Source: Mobula hypostoma (taxonomy: Eukaryota). From it: 64,000 nucleotides of DNA. Below are positions 1 through 9,720 of this stretch, piece by piece (the first letter of the stretch is position 1; every line of letters starts with the position of its first letter). A program made the position numbers and the translations under genes. Location of the stretch: contig NC_086100.1 of assembly GCF_963921235.1 (NCBI RefSeq), forward strand, positions 151,280,001-151,344,000, read 5' to 3'. The notes beneath the pieces were generated by a model. The model did no database searches. It was not told where the DNA came from and saw only the letters and a program-made list of their open reading frames with translations.

Positions 1-1445
1 CATAGCAAGGATAACTACAGAAAGAACCTGCATCTCTATAGCACCTTTCACAATCACAGGATGTGTGTTCTTTCTTTGCACAAATACTATGAAAATGTAT
101 CAAAATTAAATGAAACATGCAGCAAATTCCAACAAATAATGAAATAAATAAGCAAGTCATTAGTTTTAAATGTTGACAGGGAAATGGTGAAATCCACCCA
201 ATTTGCATAGTATCCACAAAATGTCAAGGCACAATGCAGAAAGAGCTTTGTATCTCAATCCTCGAACAGAAGGTGATGAACCTTTGAGAGCATATGCCCA
301 AATTGACAATCTTTTGAAAAATCCCCTCGTGTACCTTGGTAATTTTGAGCAGGGATTATTTAATGAATTAATAATTTTAGACTTTAAGGAACAAGGATGA
401 ACCTTGTTCCTTATTTATGTGGATTCATTGTCAACTGTTTGCTGGCACCAAGCTGATGAGACATTTCCTGTGAAAATGTCTCACTAGCTTTCAGGTTGTA
501 AAAAAATGATTCACTGCTTCATTTTGCAGAACAGGTTAATTGTTATATATTGTTTTATTATGAGTGATGTTTATAGAATCAAGGAGCAGCACTACTTTTG
601 ATGCACGCCATCTTGGGCATATAGGTTCACCAGCTCTGTCTTAGACGATGCGGGCTTCATAAGGACTTTTAAATCATGTATCAATACTGTGATTGAAGCC
701 TCAGCCTAGAACAAGAGGCAATCAAACCACATCTAATACCAAGAAATAGATGCGTTCTATAAGAAATGTGGTTGTTCTCTGAACATCACAGAGAGCTGAA
801 TGGTCCTGTTTGAGCAACGTACCATTCTAACACCAATCAGCAGCATACAGTACTTACAGATGCAACACTCCTCTAATATACTTCAGCCAAAACAAATGGA
901 AACAATATTTAAGTTCTTAAAGCATAAAGTATCACAAATAAGTTGAGCATCTAAAATTTTAATGAGCAATAAACCATAATGCAATTATTTACCACAATTA
1001 AAACATATCATCCAGTGTATTTAATATGATATCAAACTTTTGTGATTTGCACAAAAATACAGCATATCAAAACTATTCTTAAAAAACATTATAAATCCTT
1101 AAACTTAAGCCTTCTGGATTTGCCACTTAGAACAAAATTAAAACTAATTCTTTCACTTTAAATAAACAGCATAAACCTTCCTTTAAACTGCAAAAAAATA
1201 AGTTTACACAAACTTTCAGAAAACAGATTAAATGTTTCTACTAGGCTTTCATGAGTCATCAACAGGAGGTACATTGGATGGCAGATATTCTTTTCATTTT
1301 TCCTTCAAGATTTGAAGTTGCTTCCCATTGCATTTCTGCAGAATAACTTATTATATTTAGCAGCTTACTGGAAATGCAAGTCAAGATGAACACCCAATTC
1401 AGCAATTCTCCACAGAACTAAATTTTTAACCAGACTATACTTATA

Positions 1446-2059
1446 TTAAATGCTGCCATTTTCCTCTGGCTTTAGGAGGCTAGAGGATGCAAGAACCACC
1501 TGACATCCATTATTGAGATGATTCATTACTTTATGTTTGAGGTGTACCACTTGCTCACGTAAGACACTTGCTGTTGAGGTCAATTCAAAGTTCTCTGATT
1601 TTAGGGTCTTTACTTTATCTTCAAGTCTTGCAATTCTCTCTAACTTCCTTCTTCGACAATTTGATGCTGCAATGCGATTTCTCTGTCTCTTCTTTTCAGC
1701 TTTGATATGCTGTGCCCCATCTTCTAATGGGGAAAGTGGTGGAGATTCACTCATTGGGCCTACTTCTGGCACTGTCTGGGGCTCTTCTTGATACTTTGGA
1801 CACATAAACTGTGCCAAGGCTGAGAAGTGATGCTGTGCTGGTGCTGGGCCAGCATAGGGTACATGGCTAGTGGGATAACTTTCAGAACCTGCATTGAGCA
1901 GGCCTGAATTATAGTTGCCAAGGTTTGTATAGACAGGGAAATCTGCTTTCGACTGGGCTAAATGCAGACTTCCATGATAAACTGAAGTGGAGGAATGGGC
2001 TGGACATGGGGCTCCTGCCAGGACCAGGTGTTGGTTCTGTTTGGTCAAATCCTGCAATG
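1446..2059 (-). CDS. Jun/AP-1 family bZIP transcription factor (JunD-like, possibly june-type paralog), coding exon 2 of 2
   Basis: Encodes [10 protein letters not shown] (JunD ALEDLHKQNQ), [14 protein letters not shown] and the b[62 protein letters not shown]. Acceptor tttttctgtctttaaag ends at 2060; phase 1; stop TAA at 1448-1446. Confidence 0.95.
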
Positions 2060-2452
2060 CTTTAAAGACAGAAAAATTAAAGTTATCAGATTATTCACTA
2101 TAAGATATAGATACTTTAATGCTAGACATTCAGTCCACATGCCAACTTCTTCAAAAATCCATCCAATTAGTCTATAAGTTATCCTTTTATCCCAATAAAC
2201 TTAATTTAAAAAACTGGATTTGTGTACCCATTTATATTGAAGAGAACAAATTATAACCTTATAGGTCTGAGGTATGTGCCTCACAGCACCTAGGCACAGA
2301 ATCCCAAGATTCACAATTCCTTCTATTCAATAAGATAATCTCTATATACCACAAGAAAATCTATTAACTATTTTAAGCATTTTCATCTCAAATTTCTTTT
2401 CTGAAGACTGTTAAAGCATACTCCACATTTTATGTAATTATTATTCTGGTAA

Positions 2453-2705
2453 GACCCGGCTGGTGGCGTAGTGGCATCAGTGCCGGACTTCAGGATGAAA
2501 GGTCCCGAGTTCGAATCCAGCTGGCTCCCCTGCACGCTTTCCATCCGTGCTGGGTTACGAGCTCATGATCTCTTTGGAAACTCACCCGGCAGAAGGCAAT
2601 GGCAAACCACTGCTGTAACTTGCCTCATACGTGGTTCCCAGAGAGACATGGAGGGAAATAGTCCGCTAACCAGAGAAACTCCGGATGCGACGTATCTTTC
2701 CTTTT
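2453..2705 (+). mobile_element. tRNA-derived SINE with RTE-like body in the Jun intron
   Basis: Box A TGGCGTAGTGG, box B GAGTTCGAATCC, internal GAAGGCAATGGCAAACCAC motif, T-rich tail; 13-bp TSD TTATTATTCTGGT at 2438-2450 and 2706-2718. Confidence 0.85.
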
Positions 2706-3394
2706 TTATTATTCTGGTGAATATCCATTGCATTAGAACTAAATGCAATTGCTATACAATTTCAAGCTTTCATAATCCTATGACAGACATATTTCAACAT
2801 TTTATATACTGTTCACCAGTTTAGCAGCATCTTCACAAGGACCTCTAAAATACCCCAGCACTCTATGCTTCTCACAACATATTTTCTATATTTTTACTTC
2901 AGGTCCATACTGATGATCTCACACTGTCCAAAAGAATTCCATCCACCAGTCTCTTAATGCCATAGTAACTTAGCCATATCATCCTTACAACTCCCACATG
3001 TAATGTGGTCCCACTGGTCATTCAAATGCGTTATTAGTTATGAAGACTCACAATAAGGATGTGGATTTTCAATCTCATCTCTGCTTCCCAGCAAGAATCT
3101 TCTACCTGCAAATTGTAATACGTAAAATTTAGAAATCAAATCCATTAAGGTATTTGGGTGAAACTGCAAGTTTAAATTGAGAGAAAAGTACTGGTTAGAA
3201 ATGCAAAGGTGAGCAGCGAGGTGCAAAAATCGTTCTCACGTTCATCAACGCCTTAAATAGCAACTTCAAACTATCTCATGGTGGTCTGACCTGGTCAAGT
3301 ATAAGGAATACTTGGGTGATTATAAATAGAAATGAAATGAAATTTAAAGTGAAACTTTCGGAAGCCGGCGCAAAAGACGATACAACCGATATAA

Positions 3395-3490
3395 AGCAAC
3401 CCAAAATGCTGGAAGAACTCAGGTCAGGCATCATCTATGGAAAAGAGTAAACAGTCGACAATTCGGGCCGGGACCCTTCATCAGTTCTCC
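3395..3490 (-). mobile_element. Penelope-derived 3' end with degenerate hammerhead motif (Jun intron)
   Basis: Minus strand CTGATGAAGGGTCCCGGCCCGAATTGTCGACTG followed by the family tail ATAGATGATGCCTGACC...CCAGCATTTTG. Confidence 0.75.
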
Positions 3491-3967
3491 CCTTAATTTC
3501 CTATGCGTAACAAGGCAGAGAGTTTAAGTCTTTTGATAATGAGAGTCAACAGTACTACCCTAGGGGATAAAACATTAACAACGTTTATCTTGCCACAAAT
3601 GCTACCCGACCCGGGTGTTTCCAAAATGTTGTGTCCCATGCTCCTAACGCTGAACTGCCGCTTCGATCCACGCACCACTTTAAAGCACACCTGATGGACT
3701 CCCATGTGCAGCCAGCCTCAGTGGTCCTTTAAACCACACATGAAGCGATTATGCCGGGACGACTGGCAATGTAAAGCAGGCAGGGAGTGGGAACTACCGC
3801 AGAGTATGAGAGGAGCAGCAGTAGCAAACAGGCGATGGACATGTGAGCTGCAGTACTCCGAATTCCGACATGGGGCCCGTTCCTGAGCATCAGTCCACGA
3901 ATGCCTTCGACGTCCCAGGCCCAGTACCTAAACCTTCTCCATCCGCTGAGCCCGAAGCCGCTCTCAC

Positions 3968-4229
3968 CTTTCACAAGTGGATGGACAAGGCCCTCGGGCT
4001 CCCGCCTGGTAACGGGCCTGTCGGCCTGGGAAACGGATTCCGGCGAGGGCAGCGTGAGCAGAGCGGAATCAGAGCCGCCGCTGGTGCTGCCGCCGCCGCC
4101 ACCACCACCACCACCACCCGCCACCGCCTCCTGCGACTGCCGCCGATTCGTCGCACCTTTCTTGTCCATCGGCGCCGTCTCCAGGTGTCTGGAGCTCACC
4201 GTCTCGTCGCGATAAAAAGGAGCTGCCAT
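3968..4229 (-). CDS. Jun/AP-1 family transcription factor, coding exon 1 of 2
   Basis: MAAPFYRDE resembles JunD METPFYGDE; LLTLPSPE resembles LLKLASPE. Donor AAAG|gtgaga at 3968/3967. The 262 nt exon (phase 1) joins exon 2 in frame to rebuild LVKALQDL. Total 876 nt, 291 aa. Confidence 0.88.
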
Positions 4230-4270
4230 CTGAAGTCAGGAACTCGCTGCCAGTCCCGAACTTGGCGTGG

Positions 4271-4373
4271 CGTGACGCGACGCCGCTCGCTGACGCACTT
4301 CATTGCTCTTCTTAAGCTCTTAACGTCACAACGTCCCCATGGCAACCAGGCCCCCTCCCCCTCCCCCTCCCCC
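4271..4373 (-). promoter_or_regulatory. Proximal promoter of the Jun-like gene: CRE-like sites, RFX X-box, G-tract
   Basis: CpG-rich region. TGACGC half-sites near 4273 and 4291; TGACGTTA (-) at 4321-4328; GTCCCCATGGCAAC at 4333-4346; (GGGGGA)3GGGGG on - at 4351-4373. Confidence 0.7.
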
Positions 4374-4429
4374 AGTCTTCGTAATCCTGGACTGGGGAAA
4401 TTTGAATTGAGGTGGCGCACTTCGGGACC

Positions 4430-5555
4430 TTACAGCACGCACAATATGCTGGTGGAACTCAGCCGGTCGGGCAGCTTCTATGGCGGGATATAAACAGTCG
4501 ACGTTTCGGACCGAAACCTTTGATCAGGACTGGAAAGGAAGACGGCAGAATCCAGAATAATGGGGTAGGGGACGGGAAAGCGCAAGCTGGCAGGTGATAA
4601 GTAGGTAGGAGGGTGAGAGTGAGGTGGAGTGAAAACAGGAAATGACATGCAAACGGCTATGCCCGCTTTTTTGTCGATTACGTGAAACAGTCTACATTAC
4701 AAACCTACACCGCTGCCCAATTCGTTCTCTCCCGCATTGAGGACTGCATGGTGCTGCTTCCTGTGCCCACGCCGAGTTATCACTGCGATCTTCGCCCGCA
4801 TCTCCAACATTTGCCACACGTCTGCTCTCACCCCCATAGCTCCCAACATAACAGGGATGTGGCTCTCCTCGTCCTCCCAGCCTCCGCACCCAATACATCA
4901 TATTCCGTAACTTTCATCTTCTCCAGCGGGAACCCAAATTCAGGCAGATCTTCCCCTCCCCTCTCTGTTGTCCACCGCGATCGCTTTCTCCCTGGTTCCC
5001 TTGTCTGTTAGTCCCTCCCTACCAATCATTCTCCAGACACTTCTCCCTACAACCACGTTGTTACACTTGTCCTAAATTCAGGTTGGTGGGGCAACACCTC
5101 ATATGCCGTCTAGGTAGTCTCCAGCCCCTTGGTATGAACATAGAATTCTCCAGCTTCCGGTAATTCTCTCCCCATCCCTTCCCCTATCCCTATTTCACTC
5201 TGCCCCCTCCCCCAGCTACCTATCACCTCCCTCATGGTTCCACCTCCTTCTACTACCCATTGTTTTCCCCATTCCTTCTTCACCTTTCCTGCCTATCACC
5301 TCCCTGCTTCCCCTCTTCCACCCCTTTATCTTTCCCCTTACTGGTTTTTCACCTGGAACCTACCAACCTTCTCCTTCCCACCCTCCCCCCACCTTCTTTA
5401 TAAGGGCCCTGCCCCCTCCCTCTTCTGTTCTGATGAAGGGTTCCGGCCCGGAACATTGACTGATCGTTTCCACGGGTGCTGCCCTACCTGCTCAGTTTTT
5501 CCAGTGTGTTGCGAGTGTTGCTTTGACCCCAGCATCTGCAGAGTATTTTGTGTTT
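4430..5555. mobile_element. Penelope-derived remnants in opposite orientations (about 4430-4600 -, about 4700-5555 +)
   Basis: Same terminal module as 15133-16335; hammerhead-like motifs at 4495-4532 (-) and about 5427-5462 (+); pyrimidine-rich 3' region. Confidence 0.7.
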
Positions 5556-5759
5556 ACACTTGTCCTTACACCTCCTTCCTCACCACCATTCAGGAACTTA
5601 ACAGTCCTTCCAGTTGAGGCAATTCCAGTTAAGTCCATCGGTGTACTTGGTGCAGTGCAGTTACCCTTTCTCTTTCACCTCTCCCATCCTCAAGATCTGA
5701 TAAGAGAGGAATCAGAATCAGGTTTATTATCACTGGCATGTAACGTGAAGTTTGTTAAT

Positions 5760-6065
5760 GGATCATTGGAGAAAGGGAAGGAGGAGCGGCACCGGGGGGA
5801 AGTGATAGAGAGATGACGAGAAGACTCAAGAGGCCAGAGTGGGGAAATGAAGCCGAGGGAGGGGAAAGAAATTGCTAGAAGTTGGAGAAATGAATGTTCA
5901 TGCCATCAGCTTGGAGGCTATCTAGACAGAAAATGAGTGCTGTTCCTCCAACCTAAGAGTGGTCTCATCATGGCAGAAGAGGAGGCCATGGAACGACATG
6001 TCGGAACAGGAATGAGGATAGGAATTGAAATGATTGGCCACCAGGAAATTCCACTTTTTGCAGAT
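5760..6065 (-). mobile_element. Penelope-derived fragment
   Basis: Reverse complement matches the GGAGGAACAGCAC...TAGCCTCCAA segment seen at about 15860-15900. Confidence 0.6.
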
Positions 6066-6781
6066 GGAGCTCAGGTGATCGGTCCCCCAATCTGTCAGGT
6101 CTAATGGCAGGGTATAATCTTCGCTCAGTTTGTCAAGGCAAGTGTCAGAGAGAGGTCATCTGTACTGTGCTACTTCAAGATTCCCTTTATGAAAGTGGAA
6201 TATCTGTTGTTATTGTTTTTATATAGACAAGAGCAAACAAAAATCCTACTGATTCTACGATCAGTCCAACCAAACAAGTTTTTACCTACAATAGTATTTA
6301 CTGGTGCTTCAATGAGAAGAATATACATGCTGAGAGCTGATGAGGGAGTTTCATTTCAACATTACTGGTGTCTGCTATCTTAACACCACATGCAGAACTG
6401 GATTTTTCTGTATGATAACAAGGAAGGTTTCAAACCAAATGACACTGCCATCATAAACACCAATTCTTCATCTCTATTCTGCTTCAAACCATTTGCTATT
6501 GAAAATAAAAGAATGTCCCTATGTTTTCCTAATCACCCTTCTATCCAACATTTAAGTTCATCCAAAGTTCTACTGCCTATATCCTAATTCATACACATTC
6601 CATTCCATTGGTCTGAATGTGTTTACTAACCAATCCGGAAATGTTTTAAATTTAAAATACACCACCTGGGATTTAAATCCTTTACAGTCTCATCCTTATC
6701 CCTGACCCTCTCCAATTCTGGCTAATTGTGCATCTACATTTTACAATGCTCTATCCATTCAACTGCTGAACTCTCAAACTA

Positions 6782-6836
6782 CCGTACTGTGCAACCTTAG
6801 GACATAAATATAGCTAGGGTGCTGAAGACTTGCAGA
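6782..6836. mobile_element. Short palindromic Tc1-like MITE relic (second copy about 8238-8290)
   Basis: GTACTGTGCAA-CTTAGG...TAGCTAGGGTG...AAGACTTGCA; a related GTACTGTACAAAAGTCTTAGGCACCCTAGCTA occurs at about 8239. Confidence 0.45.
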
Positions 6837-7093
6837 GTCTGGTATTTTTCCAATGTGGAGCAAAAGAGTGAGTTTGTAAATCTGGCAGAAGCAAAGGGAA
6901 TGGCAAGGTGGAGCGCTGGGAGCGGTGCAGGACAAGTGGCAGAAGAGTGCCAGCAGCAGGGGTGCAGACATACGCAGCCAGAAGGCACCAGGCAAGGTAA
7001 TTGGATTCCAAACAAATGGTTTATTGATCATTGTAGAGTGTCTCTCTAGTGCTTCCAATTCCCTTCCCTCTCTCTTCCCCTTTACCCAACCAT

Positions 7094-8113
7094 GGTTTAC
7101 AATATATATTAATGATTTGGATGAGGGATTTACAATATATATTAATGATTTGGATGAGAGAATTAAATGCAGCATCTCCAAGTTTGCGGATGACACGAAG
7201 CTGGGTGGCAGTGTTAGCTGTGAGGAGGATGCTAAGAGGATGCAGGGTGACTTGGATAGGTTAGGTGAGTGGACAAATTCATAGCAGATGCAATTTAATG
7301 TGGATAAATGTGAAGTTATCCACTTTGGTGGCAAAAATAGGAAAACAGGTTATTATCTGAATGGTGGCCGATTAGGAAAAGGGGAGGTGCAACGAGACCT
7401 GGGTGTCATTATACACCAGTCATTGAAAGTGGGCATGCAGGTACAGCAGGCGGTGAAAAAGGCGAATGGTATGCTAGCATTTATAGCGAGAGGATTCGAG
7501 TACAGGAGCAGGGAGGTACTACTGCAGTTGTACAAGGCCTTGGTGAGACCACACCTGGAGTATTGTGTGCAGTTTTGGTCCCCTAATCTGAGGAAAGACA
7601 TCCTTGCCATAGAGGGAGTACAAAAAAGGTCCACCAGATTGATTCCTGGGATGGCAGGACTTTCATATGATGAAAGACTGGATGAACTAGGCTTATACTC
7701 GTTGGAATTTAGAAGATTGAGGAGGGATCTGATTGAAACGTATAAAATTCTAAAGGGATTGGACAGGCTAGATGCAGGAAGATTGTTCCCGATGTTGGGG
7801 AAGTCCAGAACGAGGGGTCACAGTTTGAGGATTAAGGGGAAGCCTTTTAGGACCGAGATTAGGAAAAACTTCTTCACACAGAGAGTGGTGAATCTGTGGA
7901 ATTCTCTGCCACAGGAAACAGTTGAGGCCAGTTCATTGGCTATATTTAAGAGGGAGTTAGATATGGCCCTTGTGGCTAAAGGGATCAGAGGGTATGGAGG
8001 GAAGGGTGGTACAGGGTTCTGAGTTGGATGATCAGCCATGATCATACTGAATGGCGGTGCAGGCTCAAAGGGCCGAATGGCCTACTCCTGCACCTATTTT
8101 CTATGTTTCTATG
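7094..8113 (+). mobile_element. 5'-truncated CR1 LINE (RT C-terminus and 3' UTR)
   Basis: ORFs 6925..7284 (YINDLD, KFADDTKLGG) and 7288..8022 (LVRPHLEYCVQFWSP, FFTQRVVNLWNSLP); (TTTCTATG)n tail. Confidence 0.92.
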
Positions 8114-9089
8114 ATCCCCTCTCCCTGGCCCCTTCCTATACTCAGTTCACAATATCAGAATAAGGTTTATTATCACTCCCATAGATCATGAAATTTGTTT
8201 TATTTTGCAGTAGCAGTACAATACATAAAATTACTAAAGTACTGTACAAAAGTCTTAGGCACCCTAGCTATATATACACAGAGTATATGTACTTTGATAA
8301 TCAATTTACTTTCAACTTTGAACTTTTACCTAGTGTCTCTGGGACATTCCCAATCACTCACCATTGAAAGAGATTTTTGGAGTTTGTTGGGAAATAAAAC
8401 TGCAAACAAATAAATTTGCAAATACAAAATCTGAAATAAAAGCAAAAGAGTTCAACCAGTCAAACACCATCACTGGAGAGGAAACCAGTCAACACTGTGG
8501 GTCAATGCCCTTCCCTTTTGAAATGTCTTTGCAGCTGTGATGTAGGATGTTAGTTTTGCGTGCAGCAAGTTCCCCTAAGATGACTTAATATAAGGAAATA
8601 CCCCAAAGCTGGTGAAGAAATAAATAGAGTGAACTGATTATCTTTCTTCAGACATAAATTTTAAGGAGAACTAAGATGTACAGTGTTACTTTTCCTGATT
8701 TTATTGAGTTCTGATGTTTTGAGATTTTACAGCACACTGCTCAATGTCGGTCAAGACATGTGATCAAAGAAGTACATGTTAGAAGAGTTCCTTTAAAGGG
8801 GAAGGCAGAATGGGTTATTTGTTTGGGTTCCTCTTGCACTTTATCATATGCTGTTATTTAGCAAACAGAGATAAGGAGGAAAACCAATTTAAAACATTGA
8901 AGTTAGTGTTTAATAACTTGTTTTTAATTGATCACATGACAAGAGGGAATATCAGCCTTAAATTAACATCTCATACTAATATACTGTCAATATGCAACAG
9001 TTCAGGGAGCAAATTCCAGGACTGCAGCTCCTCCAGCTGTGAATCATCTGCGTCAGCAATTTGGCTGAGGGGAAATCAAATGTCATATT

Positions 9090-9720
9090 TACAACTTTGC
9101 TGATGATGCAAAACTAAACAGGTTTATGAGTAATGAAGAAAACATAAAGACACTTTAAAACAACATACCATTTACCTTCCAAATCGCTTACAATATGCAG
9201 TTTTATTAAGGCATTTATTACAGGCAAGTATAGGTGTAAAGTATCTTATTTCCATTATATTGGCCCTTGGTGAGGCTGCACGCAAAGCATTGTTTACAGT
9301 TCTGTTTTCTTTACCCAAGAAAAAGTATATTTGCCTTAGAACAAGTGCAGGGAACATTCACTGGACCCATTCCATTAAAAATTAAAATAAATTCTTCCAT
9401 GACTTGACAAGCTGCATGTGGGCAAGGTGTTTCTGCCAGTTTAGTGGTAAGAGGCCATGATGTCCATATTAGAGTAGGCCATTCAGGACTGAAATTAGGA
9501 GAAATTTACTCAAGGAACAGGTGGTGACTCCATGGAGTTCCCTATCCCAGAGGGCTGGTGAAGGTTAGTTGTTGAGATCATTCAAAACAAAGTTGAGTAG
9601 AATTCTGAACATTCAAGGACTATGAAAGAAAATGGTTTTCAGGTAGATGACCTGCCATGATATTGAATGGTAGAGCAGGCTCAAATAGTAAGATGGAGGG
9701 CCAACTATTAATCGTGGGGC
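9090..9720 (+). mobile_element. Old degenerate CR1 fragments
   Basis: Decayed TTTGCTGATGATGCAAAACT RT motif and CR1-type 3' region. Confidence 0.5.

Noticed and set aside
2453-2530. Possible tRNA gene
   Set aside because: It has A/B boxes but continues into a SINE body and is bounded by a TSD.
3729-3967. Unspliced continuation of ORF 3729..4229 as a 166-aa protein
   Set aside because: Jun similarity stops at a consensus donor (3968/3967) and resumes in phase at 2059.
3843-4493. + strand ORFs of 216 aa and 104 aa (poly-Thr/Ala, poly-Pro)
   Set aside because: Antisense shadows of the GC-rich Jun exon and its trinucleotide repeat; no recognisable domain.
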